A DNA stretch of 63,580 bases, filler included, from an uncultured Gemmatimonadota bacterium (GTDB lineage: Bacteria; GCA-2686955): NCBI GenBank assembly GCA_964490075.1. It is 13 parts of 13 records of this genome, joined end to end, with 100 filler letters (N's around TTAATTAATTAA, not from the genome) between each part and the next. Parts side by side here need not be neighbours in the genome. Positions count along the whole stretch, not along the records: positions 6,214 to 11,875 come from CAZBBK010000117.1; positions 11,976 to 17,500 come from CAZBBK010000118.1; positions 17,601 to 22,931 come from CAZBBK010000119.1; 10 more parts are not named here. The stretch is one strand, 5' to 3'. Below the pieces are notes generated by a model. It saw nothing but the letters and a program-made list of their open reading frames with translations. It made no database searches and was not told the origin of the DNA. Every line of letters begins with the position of its first letter. The first letter of the stretch is position 1. This document shows, one piece after another, positions 10,462-20,306 of this stretch. Made by a program: the position numbers and the translations under genes.

Positions 10462-11295
10462 TTACTGCAGGCTCTGCGTGAACTCGTTCACGTGCAGCGG
10501 AACCGCGGGGCGGTCGATGCGCACGAACTGCCAGGCGTAGCCGGGGATCATGATCGCGGGGCGGGTCGGAACCACGTTTTCGACCATCGCCAGGGCCACC
10601 GGCAGGCCGCGGATCTCGACCACCTCGGCCCAGGCCAGGCGGATCCCGTGACCGGGCGTCGGCACCATGCCGCTGGACAGCGCCAGCACCATGTGCTGCT
10701 CGAAGTCGACCTCGGGCGCCTCGACGTCATCGGCGTGGGTCTCGGCCCAGACGCGGTTCCAGGTGGCGCGGTTCTCGACCACGATGTTCAGGTCGGGGAG
10801 CACGTTGTCCTGGCTCCAGCCGCTCTCCAGGGTGACCGGGCTGAGGTCGAGATCGGGGAAGAGCACCGGCATCTCCCAGCGGTCCATCACCACGATGTGG
10901 AAGGGATTGTCGAGGACCGGACGGGCCGAGAGCTCACCGCGCCGATCGACATGGGCGAACACGGCCGCGCCGAGCAGGTCGATCTGGGTAATCTCGATGT
11001 CGCCGGTGCCGCCGTAGTAGGCGCCGAGGAAGACGGCGAGGACCATCTCGCTCTCCCAGTCGATCGCCGGGATGGCGCGCAGGAAATCCTGACCGGCGCT
11101 GTGCTCTTCCCAGAAGGGGAAGAAGTCGGCTTCACTGGTGAAGACGTGGTAGCCGCCTTCGACGATGCCGGTCTCGTTGCCCTTGTCGAGCGTGGTGAAG
11201 GGCATATCGAGGAAGTTCGCGGCCATCGTGGTGGCGCTGGCGAGGGAGGCGCTGAGCAGCAGGGCCGAAGCGGCGGCGAAGGCGGAACGGAACAT
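10462..11295 (-). CDS. Secreted protein with two PrcB C-terminal-like domains
   Basis: Signal peptide; PAIDWESEMVLAVFLG...NPFHIV and PEVDFEQHMVLALSSG...YAWQFVRI. Confidence 0.7.
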   Translation of the reverse strand: MFRSAFAAASALLLSASLASATTMAANFLDMPFTTLDKGNETGIVEGGYHVFTSEADFFPFWEEHSAGQDFLRAIPAIDWESEMVLAVFLGAYYGGTGDIEITQIDLLGAAVFAHVDRRGELSARPVLDNPFHIVVMDRWEMPVLFPDLDLSPVTLESGWSQDNVLPDLNIVVENRATWNRVWAETHADDVEAPEVDFEQHMVLALSSGMVPTPGHGIRLAWAEVVEIRGLPVALAMVENVVPTRPAIMIPGYAWQFVRIDRPAVPLHVNEFTQSLQ

Positions 11296-11821
11296 CTTGA
11301 GTCTCTCTTTCATGCGGGGGGAGTTTTTCAATTCTGTGTTCCCCCCCCGCCATGCATCGCTCGTGCCAGTTCGAGAAGGACGGCGCAAGACCTTTCGAGA
11401 GCGCGAGTTAGGGAGATGTCTCCGGCCGAGGAAAGGGCCCCGCGCGCGGCCGATTCGTTGATTTCGACGAGGCCGCTGCCGCGGGATTGGGTCGGATTCG
11501 CCGCAACCCATTACCAACCAACAGATTCCGAGGACTCGGCGAAATCGACGAGAGGACGGGCTTGGGTTCGGCGGCGCGGCCGAAATGCCAGGGGGATCGG
11601 CGTGCGGCAACGCAGCTGCGAGTTCCAGAAATTCTGTCCGCCCTGATTCCGGAAATTCTGGTTCGCCGAGTCGGCAGCCGCGTTCGAGCAGGGACGGCCG
11701 CTGAGGGATCTCACGGCCCACGACTACTCCGGTCGCCGTACGCGACGCGGATCTGCACCGCCGCCGCGTCAGATGGCATCAAGATCGATGGCAGGTCCCG
11801 CCGGGACCACTCTCCCAAGAA

Positions 11822-11875
11822 GGCTCTTCCCCTGATCGAGTGGGCGGGTTTCATCGACTCAACCCCTCGGGATAG
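11822..11875 (-). mobile_element. Right end of an ISL3-family IS
   Basis: GGCTCTTCCCCTGATCGAGTGGG resembles ISL3 terminal IRs; minus strand reads YPEGLSR*, like ISL3 transposase C-termini; occupies the last 55 nt of the contig. Confidence 0.65.
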
Positions 11876-12155
11876 NNNNNNNNNNNNNNNNNNNNNNNNN
11901 NNNNNNNNNNNNNNNNNNNTTAATTAATTAANNNNNNNNNNNNNNNNNNNNNNNNNNNNNNNNNNNNNNNNNNNNCGCGGCTTGGCCGCCCGATTCGGGC
12001 CGGGCGGAAAGAGGGATTGGGTAGCTTAGGCCATGGCGGGGGCAGGCGGGCCATCGGCTGCCGCGGAAGATCGGCGTCGGGGTCGACCGCTCCGGGCCGC
12101 CCCCGACCCGCTCTCTTCTCACCCAGGACCCGATCTGGCGGGAGCCCGCAACAGA

Positions 12156-12205
12156 GGCCCGATGCCCGAAGCCCAAAGCCTGGTCCCGACGTCTTCGTCG
12201 GGACC
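12156..12205. repeat. REP-like palindrome with GGCTTT/GGCTTC heptamer tail
   Basis: GGTCCCGAC...GTCGGGACC hairpin; related copies at 16511-16567 and 16751-16785. Confidence 0.7.
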
Positions 12206-12209
12206 TCTG

Positions 12210-13121
12210 CTATCTCACTCCAACCTTGCGGATCACGTTGCGCAAGATGTCGGCCCGGCCGACCACACCGACCAGGCGCCCCTCCTTCACCACCGGCACG
12301 CGACGGATGTTGCGGTGCACCAGGATGTAGGCGATGTCGGTGATCGGCGTCGACTCTTCGACGCAGATCACTTCGCAGTTCATGATGTCGCGCACCCGGA
12401 TCTCTTCCTGGACGATCAGTCGGTCGACGATGGTGTCGCCGGTGGCGAAGAAGTCGATCGCACCGAAAAACTCCCGCAGCCAGGGCATGCCGAAGGAGAG
12501 CACGTCCTTCTCGCTGACCACGCCGATCACGCGGCGCTCCTCGTCGATCACCGGCATGCCTGAGATGTTGTGGGCGGCCAGCCGGTTGACCATGGCCCGC
12601 ACCGACATCTCGGGGCCGACGGAGATCACTTCGCGCACCATCACGTCGCGAGCACAGTGAGAGACCTCGATGGTGATCTCGGTGTCGCGGATCGCTTCGA
12701 CCACCGCCTCCGCGCTGGGAGCCGCGCGCAGCCGCCCGGGCATGCCCTCGACATGGAGCAGCGCCGAGATCGCCGCCAGGGTGTCGATGTAGCTCTTGGT
12801 CACATCGGTCGGGGTGACGAAGAGAAACACCAGGTGAACCGGCTCGGCGACCCCCCAATCGACCCCCGGCTCGGAGATCCCCAGAACCAGGTAGAGACGA
12901 TCGGTGAGCTCGGTTCGGGCGTGCGGGAAGGCCACCCCCCGCGCCAGCGCGGTCGGCCCGGTCGCCTCGCGCTCGGCGATCGCCCTCACCAGCTCCTGGC
13001 GCTGATCGAGGGGCGCTTGGGCAACCAGCAGCTCGACCAGCTCGCGAATGGCATCACCACTCGTTCGAGCACGGAGCCGGTGGCGAACCATGCCGCGATC
13101 GAAAAGCTCGGACAGTCTCAT
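12210..13121 (-). CDS. PTS EIIA (Ntr/fructose-type) domain fused to a CBS pair
   Basis: REATGPTALARGVAFPHAR phospho-His motif; ARDVMVREVISV, ISGMPVID and IRRVPVV CBS motifs. Confidence 0.88.
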   Translation of the reverse strand: MRLSELFDRGMVRHRLRARTSGDAIRELVELLVAQAPLDQRQELVRAIAEREATGPTALARGVAFPHARTELTDRLYLVLGISEPGVDWGVAEPVHLVFLFVTPTDVTKSYIDTLAAISALLHVEGMPGRLRAAPSAEAVVEAIRDTEITIEVSHCARDVMVREVISVGPEMSVRAMVNRLAAHNISGMPVIDEERRVIGVVSEKDVLSFGMPWLREFFGAIDFFATGDTIVDRLIVQEEIRVRDIMNCEVICVEESTPITDIAYILVHRNIRRVPVVKEGRLVGVVGRADILRNVIRKVGVR

Positions 13122-13225
13122 GGGTGCCGATTGGCGGCGGCCCACCCGCCGAAAGGACGGGGAGGCCGCATGGGGAGAAGACACGCCGGCGGCGTTCGCT
13201 CGACATCATAACGGTCGGCGATCGA

Positions 13226-14098
13226 TCAGACAGCCCCGCTTCGCGAAACCAGGCCCGGAATGTCGGACGGCAGGACCGCGACTGCGACGCCCGCCGCCTC
13301 CAGGGCTTCGATCTTGGCCGCCGCGGTGCCCGATCCGCCCGAGATGATGGCGCCGGCGTGGCCCATCCGTTTGCCTGGCGGTGCCGCGCGACCGGCGATG
13401 TAGGCGGTGACCGGCTTGTCCATCTGCTCTGCGATGAAGGCCGCGGCGCGCTCCTCCTCGTCGCCGCCGATCTCGCCGATCATCACCACCGCCTTGGTGG
13501 CGTCGTCGCGCTGGAAGGCGTCCAGGCAGTCGATGAAGCTGGTGCCGGCCACCGGATCGCCGCCGATCCCGACGCAGGTCGACTGCCCCAGGCCGCCGTC
13601 GGTCAGGGCCTGCACCACCTCGTAGGTCAGGGTGCCGGAGCGCGAGACCACGCCCACCGTTCCCGGCTCGCAGATCGTGCCCGGGATGATCCCCACCTTG
13701 CACTTCCCGGGAGTGATCACGCCCGGGCAGTTGGGCCCGATCAAGCGCGTCGACCGCCCCTGGAGGAAGTCGTAGACCTTCAGCATGTCGTTGACCGGCA
13801 CGCCTTCGGTGATGCACACCACGAGCTCGATGCCGGCCAGCGTGGCCTCGAAGATCGCATCGGCGGCGAAGGGCGCCGGCACGTAGATGACGGAGGTGTT
13901 GGCCCCGGTCGCCGCCACCCCCTCGGCCACCGCGTCGAAGACCGGGACTCCGTGCTGCTCCTGCCCGCCCTTGCCGGGAGTGACTCCGGCCACCACCTGG
14001 CCGCCATAGGCCACCATCTGCTCGGTATGGAACGCGCCGTCGCGTCCGGTGATCCCCTGCACGAGGATCTTCGTGTTCTCGTCTACGAAAATCGCCAC
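13226..14098 (-). CDS. sucD: Succinyl-CoA synthetase alpha subunit
   Basis: [35 protein letters not shown]. Confidence 0.97.
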   Translation of the reverse strand: MAIFVDENTKILVQGITGRDGAFHTEQMVAYGGQVVAGVTPGKGGQEQHGVPVFDAVAEGVAATGANTSVIYVPAPFAADAIFEATLAGIELVVCITEGVPVNDMLKVYDFLQGRSTRLIGPNCPGVITPGKCKVGIIPGTICEPGTVGVVSRSGTLTYEVVQALTDGGLGQSTCVGIGGDPVAGTSFIDCLDAFQRDDATKAVVMIGEIGGDEEERAAAFIAEQMDKPVTAYIAGRAAPPGKRMGHAGAIISGGSGTAAAKIEALEAAGVAVAVLPSDIPGLVSRSGAV

Positions 14099-14163
14099 TT
14101 TCGATTCTCCAAGTCCCGCGCATCCGGCGCCGGCCGGGGCGGGTCATGCCCGCGCGCGCCGGA

Positions 14164-15300
14164 TCAGGCCCGCGCCAGCTCGATCGCCCTTTGGATCACG
14201 CCGTCCATGGTCCTCTCGGTCACCACGTCGACCTCGCCGAGGATCTCGCGCGCCTGGTCTTCATTGGTGCCGGTCAGCCGGATCACCACCGGCACCCCGA
14301 TCTCGGTGCTCTTGAAGACCTGGACCAGGCCCCGGGCCACGTCGTCGCAGCGCGTGATGCCGCCGAAGATGTTGAAGAGGATGACGCGCACGTTCGGGTC
14401 GCGCAGGATGATCTCCATCGCGGTGAGCACCTTCTCGGGATTGCTCGAGCCGCCGATGTCGAGGAAGTTGGCCGCCTTGCCGCCGAAGTGCTCGATCACG
14501 TCGAGGGTCGACATGGCCAGGCCGGCACCGTTGACCACGCAGCCTACCGCCCCTTCCAGAGAGTGGAACGCGAGCCCGGCGTCGCGCGCCTTGGCGTCGG
14601 CCGCGTCCTCGGCGGCCAGATCGCGCAGCTGCTCGAGCTCCGGATGGCGCACCAGCCCGTTGTCGTCCAGCGAGAGCTTGGCGTCGAGAGCGATCAGGTC
14701 GCCCTCTTCGGTCACCACCAGGGGGTTGATCTCGGCCAGCGTGCAGTCGTGCTGGAAGAAGACGCACGCCAGCTTGGACAGAATCGATGCCGCCGCCTTG
14801 GCCAGCTTGGGCTGCCTCGGATAGAGATGGAAGCCCAGGCGCCGGGCCTGGCCCGGGGTCAGCCCCAGGGCGGGCTCGATCGGCTCCTTGAGGATCGCTT
14901 GGGGATTGGTGGCGGCGACCTGCTCGATGTCGACGCCGCCTTCCGAGCTCACCATCACCAGCGCCTTGCGGGTGGCGCGATCGTGGGTGATGCCGACGTA
15001 GGCCTCGGATGCGATCTCGGCCGCCTCGACCACCAGCACGCTCTGCACCACGTGGTCCTTGATCTGCATGCCCAGGATCTTCTCGGCGCTCTCGCGCGCC
15101 TCGCCGGGGGTCTTGCAGTACTTGACCCCGCCGGCCTTGCCGCGGCCACCGGTGTGGACCTGGGCCTTGACCACCACCGGCCCTGCGGTGCGCCGCGCGA
15201 TCTCCTCGGCCTCGTCTGCGGTTCGGGCGACCTCTCCTTTGAGGATCGGGATACCGCCCTCTGCGAATAGCTCTTTGGCTTGATACTCGTGAATGTCCAT
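14164..15300 (-). CDS. sucC: Succinyl-CoA synthetase beta subunit
   Basis: MDIHEYQAKELF, KAQVHTGGRGKAGGV, NGAGLAM, ANFLDIGG, NIFGGITRCD. Confidence 0.97.
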   Translation of the reverse strand: MDIHEYQAKELFAEGGIPILKGEVARTADEAEEIARRTAGPVVVKAQVHTGGRGKAGGVKYCKTPGEARESAEKILGMQIKDHVVQSVLVVEAAEIASEAYVGITHDRATRKALVMVSSEGGVDIEQVAATNPQAILKEPIEPALGLTPGQARRLGFHLYPRQPKLAKAAASILSKLACVFFQHDCTLAEINPLVVTEEGDLIALDAKLSLDDNGLVRHPELEQLRDLAAEDAADAKARDAGLAFHSLEGAVGCVVNGAGLAMSTLDVIEHFGGKAANFLDIGGSSNPEKVLTAMEIILRDPNVRVILFNIFGGITRCDDVARGLVQVFKSTEIGVPVVIRLTGTNEDQAREILGEVDVVTERTMDGVIQRAIELARA

Positions 15301-15426
15301 CCACTGGCTCCTCGGGCATTGCTGCCCGGCATGGCCTTTACGGTTCTGCCTGGGCGCCGCTCCCGTCTCGGAGAGCCGCGCTTCAGCGAGAGTTCAATGG
15401 GACCGGATCGGGGACGGCGAAGCCCG

Positions 15427-16377
15427 TCAATCCGGAACGATTCGAGTCCCGTCCTCGCCCTTCCAGGCGCGCGGGAGTGCGGAGAAGGAGGTGATCAGCG
15501 CCTCTTTTCCGCCGCGGGAGAGGAAGTCGATGACCCCCTGCATCTTCGGGCCCATGCTCCCGGGCGGAAACTCGCCTTCGGCCAGGTAGCGGCGCGCCTC
15601 GGTCAGGGTCAGACTCTCCAGGGGCTTGGGGTTCGGCGAGCCGTAGCCGAGCATCACCCGGTTGACGCCGGTGAGAACCACCAGGCGATCGGCGTCGATC
15701 TCACTCGCCAGGAGCGCCGATGCCAGGTCCTTGTCGACCACGGCGTCGACCCCGTCCAGGTCGCCGTGACCGGTCTCGATCACCGGGATGCCACCGCCGC
15801 CGCAGGCGATGACGATCTGGCCGTCGTCCATCAGAGTGCGGATCGCCCGGGCCTCGACGATGCGCACCGGGATCGGCGAGGGGACCAGGCGCCGGTAGCC
15901 GCGGCGCTCGTCGCCGGTCATCGTCCAGCCTTGCGCTTCGAGCTCTTCCGCGGGTGCCAGGTCGCAGGGCTGCCCGATCGGCTTGGTGGGCGCGGCCATG
16001 GCCGGGTCGTCCTCCGCCACCACCACCTGCGTGACCAGCGCGCTCACCTGGCGCGTCAGCCCTTCCTGGCTGATCCAGTTGCGCACTACCTGGGCGATCA
16101 TGTAGCCGATGCCGCCCTGGGTGTCGGCCACCAGCACGCCCAAAGGACGCGGCGGGACGGACTTGCGAGCCATCTCCATGCGCTCCAGCGCGGTGCCGAC
16201 CTGGGGGCCGTTGCCGTGGGTGATGGCGATGCCGGCGCCCGATGCCAGCAGGGTGCCGATGCCGCGCACCGCGACCCGGGAGTGATAGAACTGCTCGTGG
16301 ATCTCCCCGGTGTCATCGGGACCCGTGATCGCGTTGCCGCCGAACGCGACCACGATCCGTTCCGGTCGCTGGGTCAT
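15427..16377 (-). CDS. arcC: Carbamate kinase
   Basis: VVAFGGNA, THGNGPQVG, PTKPIG, RRLVPSP, AVVDKDLAS, GSMGPK. Confidence 0.95.
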   Translation of the reverse strand: MTQRPERIVVAFGGNAITGPDDTGEIHEQFYHSRVAVRGIGTLLASGAGIAITHGNGPQVGTALERMEMARKSVPPRPLGVLVADTQGGIGYMIAQVVRNWISQEGLTRQVSALVTQVVVAEDDPAMAAPTKPIGQPCDLAPAEELEAQGWTMTGDERRGYRRLVPSPIPVRIVEARAIRTLMDDGQIVIACGGGGIPVIETGHGDLDGVDAVVDKDLASALLASEIDADRLVVLTGVNRVMLGYGSPNPKPLESLTLTEARRYLAEGEFPPGSMGPKMQGVIDFLSRGGKEALITSFSALPRAWKGEDGTRIVPD

Positions 16378-16510
16378 CTGGCGGAGATCCTCGGAGAGCG
16401 CTTCGATCGATGGGGGCAGGGAGGCGGAGACGCCGCCTAGCCGGGGAGGTTAGGAACTTGGGAGGCTATCGAGGGGGGGGGCGCTGGTCAAGCGAATGGG
16501 GGGCGCGGAA

Positions 16511-17025
16511 GGTCCCGGCAAAGTCGCCGGGACCAGGCTTTGGGCTTCAGGCTTCTGGCTTTGGGCCCGGAGGGCGGACATCCGGGGCGGATCGCGTTGG
16601 CCAGCTTGGTGGTGGGCAAACGCGCCGAGTGCAAGTCGACGGGGTCCCCCAATGTTCGAGCCGCGGACGCAGTGGACTCTTCTGTCCGCGCACCAGCGAA
16701 GATTGCGCGCTGGACCTCGCGTGGCGAGTCGGGTCTTCCGGAAGGCCGACGCCTGAAGCCCGGTCCCGGCGACTTTACCGGGACCCTGGGGGCGCGCGGG
16801 GGGGTTCGATACAAGACCGCATCGTCGGCTCTTTTCGTGCCCATGCCCACGCCCATGCTCCTGCCCGACTCCGTTGCCCGAATCGGGCAAGGGCAAGGGA
16901 GCCGGGCGAACGGACGCGACGCAGATGGCGGTCTGAACCGACTCAGACGCGCGGATTGGCCGAAAAGCGGCCAGAACCGCCCATTGACCCGGCTCAGCCT
17001 CCTAGATCGACCGCGCAGAGACCCA
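16511..17025. repeat. Composite non-coding repeat region: inverted REP-like pair, GCCC hexamer palindrome, 44-nt dispersed repeat
   Basis: 16511-16534 is inverted relative to 16762-16785; 16860-16889 is identical to 56610-56639; 16980-17023 is about 35/44 identical to revcomp 56494-56537. Confidence 0.75.
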
Positions 17026-17165
17026 AGTGGCCCCCTGACCCCGCTCAGACGTCCAGAATGACCGCCTGACACATCCGCCGTCTCGGTCGCGAGACGAGCT
17101 CCCGTCGGTGAGCGACCTTACCCCCCGTTTCCACCACCGGAGTCGCGATTTGAAGCCGTTCCCCC

Positions 17166-17375
17166 CCCTCTCTCCGTCATTCCGGCCGCTCCCCCCCGTC
17201 ATTCCGGCGAAAGCCGGAATCCAGTACTTCGGCGCGGCACCCTGGGCGGATCGCGCCATTGCGGCTGTCTGCGCGGCGGGGCCCGCGGGGCGTGCGGTGG
17301 CGGCGGCGGGGACTGTGGATTCCGGCTTTCGCCGGAATGACGGGGAGGGGGCGGGTCGGAATGACGGGGAGGGGG
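17166..17375. repeat. Inverted pair of GTCATTCC-type REP palindromes (REPIN-like)
   Basis: CCGTCATTCCGGCGAAAGCCGGAATCCA (17196-17223) and its exact reverse complement (17316-17343), with outer partial copies. Confidence 0.85.
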
Positions 17376-17727
17376 CGGAACGAGTAGGGGGCTTTGGACG
17401 CTCGGATAGTGCACTCCCCCCTACTCCTCCTTCCGCACCCCGAGCGCCGGATCCCCCAGCGCCGGCTCGACCTCGACCCGCAGGCTGTCGCGGGCGGTGC
17501 NNNNNNNNNNNNNNNNNNNNNNNNNNNNNNNNNNNNNNNNNNNNTTAATTAATTAANNNNNNNNNNNNNNNNNNNNNNNNNNNNNNNNNNNNNNNNNNNN
17601 GATCTTCTGATCGTAGCCCTGGAAGAGGATATCGGTGTCGCCATCGCCGTCGAGGCGCGTTCGATCCATGGCGAGCGCTCCTCTCTACGAGTTGGCGGGC
17701 TCGCTGCGGGTAGTCCGCCGCGATCGA

Positions 17728-18915
17728 TCACAAGGAGGGCCACCAATCGCGTGCGCCCGGGCCACCGTAGGCGCCCATATCGGAGCGCGTGCCGTTGTGA
17801 TACCGGCTGGGCCATGGCACGCTGTCCTGCAAGGAAGGAGCGCCGGTGTCGATGCAGGGGGAGCCACAACGCAACAGATAGGCGTACGGTCCCCGGCTCC
17901 TGAATCCCGGGTCGGCGTCGATGTTGCCGGGCCCTGCCCACCCGCCGCCGACATCTGAGAAACGTATCTCCGGCATACCACCGGCGGTGGAGATCTGCGT
18001 CAAACCGCTGTTGCCCCAAACGATGCAGTTGGTCAATACCGGGAGCGGCGCGAAACCGATAGAGATCCCCGCAGCCTGGTTGGAGTGATTGGCGGAGACG
18101 GTGCAGTTTCGGATATCGACACTCGATCGGTCGATGTCGATCCCTCCCCCATCGAAGGGCGCGGTGTTGCCGGTGATCGTGCAGTTCAGCAGCGTGGCAT
18201 TGGATCGAGCGGTGAAGTAGATCCCTCCCGCGTAGTCGTCGGAACGGTTGTCGGCGATAACACAGTTGGCGATCCAGGGCGCCGCGCCGCTGCAGTACAT
18301 GCCACCCCCCACGGAAACCTGGTTGCGATTGCCGGCGATCGTGCAACGGATGAGGGTCGGATCGGAGTTCAGCAAGCGAACCCCCCCGCCGCTCGAGTGG
18401 TCGGCGATCAAACAGTCGCGCAGGATCGCGTCACCGCTCACGCACTCCACTCCGGGTCCACTGCCTCCGCGAACGGTGCAGCGCAAGAGTGTGGGCGCCG
18501 CGAACATGATGCTCACGCCCTGACTCCGTCCACTCTCGATCACGCAGTCGGAGAGGGTCGGGGCGGCACCAAGGCAGGTGACCACGGCATCGAAATCGCC
18601 ATTGCCGCTCTTCAGTGTGAATCCCTCGACGCGAGCGGCTGCGCTCTCGCCCGAATCGAAGTCGATCGCGTTTCCGTTCTCGTCCGCGCCGACCTCGGTT
18701 GCGGCTGCGCCCGCGCTCGAGCGCAGGACCTTGTCGACGCCGCCAAACCTCAGCCCGACGTTTCCCGGGCCGACATAGGTACCAGGCGCGACCAGCACGG
18801 TGTCCGATTCGCCCGCGGCGTTGAGAGCGGCCTGAATGGTGGCGAAGTCCTGCGGCACTCGAAGGGTGGTGGCTCCCCCGGTGACGAGCAGGCTGCCCAA
18901 CGCGTATTGGCGCAT
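17728..18915 (-). CDS. Secreted right-handed parallel beta-helix (pectin-lyase-like) protein
   Basis: VPQDFATIQAAL, DTVLVAPGTY; repeated GGGIxx...PTLxNCTIxGN; C-terminal SPCIDTG...SDMGAYGGP. Confidence 0.88.
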   Translation of the reverse strand: MRQYALGSLLVTGGATTLRVPQDFATIQAALNAAGESDTVLVAPGTYVGPGNVGLRFGGVDKVLRSSAGAAATEVGADENGNAIDFDSGESAAARVEGFTLKSGNGDFDAVVTCLGAAPTLSDCVIESGRSQGVSIMFAAPTLLRCTVRGGSGPGVECVSGDAILRDCLIADHSSGGGVRLLNSDPTLIRCTIAGNRNQVSVGGGMYCSGAAPWIANCVIADNRSDDYAGGIYFTARSNATLLNCTITGNTAPFDGGGIDIDRSSVDIRNCTVSANHSNQAAGISIGFAPLPVLTNCIVWGNSGLTQISTAGGMPEIRFSDVGGGWAGPGNIDADPGFRSRGPYAYLLRCGSPCIDTGAPSLQDSVPWPSRYHNGTRSDMGAYGGPGARDWWPSL

Positions 18916-19183
18916 TCGTGACTCCTTCGAAGGGCCGTTCCATTCCTCGAGAGAAGGACTCAGATCGTTCGCGGCGCCGCCATGCACAATAGATGGTAGC
19001 CCGCGTTCCGATTCAAAGCATAACGCTGTTGGCCGGGGGCAGATTGCTCATCCCGCGATCGCTCCCGATCTCGGGCGAGTAGTTCGAGCGTGGACTTCAT
19101 GGCCATCGATACTACAGCCATTTGCCGTGGCGGACGATGGTCTGGAGCTGGCACGCCGGTGGCCGTCCGCGGGAGCCCCCGTC

Positions 19184-20305
19184 TCAGATGCGCAAGACCG
19201 AGCGATAGAGCGCGCGATAAGCCTCGACCGTTCGATCGAAGCCGAAGCGCTCCTCCACCCGCCGGCGGTTCAGCTTGCCGAGTCGAGCACGCTCTTCGGG
19301 CGCGCCGGCGAGCTGGACGATCGCTCGCGCAAGCCCGGCGTCCGAGTCGTAAACGAAGTGTTGCTGGGGTTGCGGCAGGATCGCGCGCACGTCGCCGACG
19401 TCGGTGCTGGCGACCGGCAGGCGCATGGCCATCGCTTCGAGCAGTGCCACCGGCATCTGCTCGGTGTCGGACGAGATCGCGAAGATGTCGATGGCGCGGT
19501 AGTAGGGGATCAGGTCGCTCTGGTGGCCGACAAAATGTGTGTGGGCCTCCATTCCGTCGCGGCGGGCGCGCTCTTCCAGCGCCGCGCGCTCCGGTCCGTC
19601 GCCGACGAAGAGCAGGGTGATCGGGGCGGTGTCACGAAGCTGTCGAGCGGCGGCTAGCAGTCGCTGGGGGTTTTTCTCGGCCCGCAGATGGCCCACGAAG
19701 CCGACCACCGGCCGGTCGGCGGCGATGCCCAGCCGTGCTCGGATTGTCGTCTGATCCCCATCCCCTCTCCCCGCTCCACCGAAGTGTTCCAGGTCGACCC
19801 CGTTCGGCACGAACTGAACCTGTTCGGGAGCGAGTCGCCAGCGGCGCAGCGCCAGGTCGCGCAGGGTGAGCGAGGGGACGACGACCCGGTGGACGCGCGG
19901 CAGGGCGAGGCGGCGGGCCCACAGGCGACGCAGTTTGAAGCGCCGGGCCTCGTCGGCGTTGAAGCCTTCTTCATGGTGCAGGGCGCGCAGCGGGGCGCGG
20001 CCGATCTGGGCCAGGACGGCGTCGAAGGCGCCCCAGTTGTAGCTCAGCACGGCGTCGGGGCGCAGGTCGCGGAAGAGGCGGCGCAGGCGCGGCACGGTGG
20101 CGAGGGTGCCGGCCTTGGAGAGCGCGGGGATGAGTGTGGCGTGGGGGTGATCGCGCAGCAGATCGAAGGCCGACACGCGGCCGTCCATGGCCAGGATCGA
20201 GTGGCGGAGTTCGTGGCCCAGGGCGTGGATCAGGCGCACGGTGCGCAGCTCGGGGCCGGCCGGCACGAAGGTGGAGAAGACGTGCAGGAGGTGCGGAGGG
20301 GGCAC
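19184..20305 (-). CDS. Glycosyltransferase family 4 (GT-B)
   Basis: VPNGVD, VGHLRAEKN, VGDGPER, SDTEQMPVALLEAMA. Confidence 0.92.
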   Translation of the reverse strand: MPPPHLLHVFSTFVPAGPELRTVRLIHALGHELRHSILAMDGRVSAFDLLRDHPHATLIPALSKAGTLATVPRLRRLFRDLRPDAVLSYNWGAFDAVLAQIGRAPLRALHHEEGFNADEARRFKLRRLWARRLALPRVHRVVVPSLTLRDLALRRWRLAPEQVQFVPNGVDLEHFGGAGRGDGDQTTIRARLGIAADRPVVGFVGHLRAEKNPQRLLAAARQLRDTAPITLLFVGDGPERAALEERARRDGMEAHTHFVGHQSDLIPYYRAIDIFAISSDTEQMPVALLEAMAMRLPVASTDVGDVRAILPQPQQHFVYDSDAGLARAIVQLAGAPEERARLGKLNRRRVEERFGFDRTVEAYRALYRSVLRI

Positions 20306-20306
20306 C

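Noticed and set aside
7371-10481. Very long antisense/shadow ORFs (also 39630-42632, 23133-25622, 20187-22562, 49765-51978)
   Set aside because: High-GC artefacts opposite motif-supported genes
16400-17500. Possible CRISPR array
   Set aside because: The repeats are inverted palindromes of several families, not regularly spaced direct repeats with unique spacers; no cas genes
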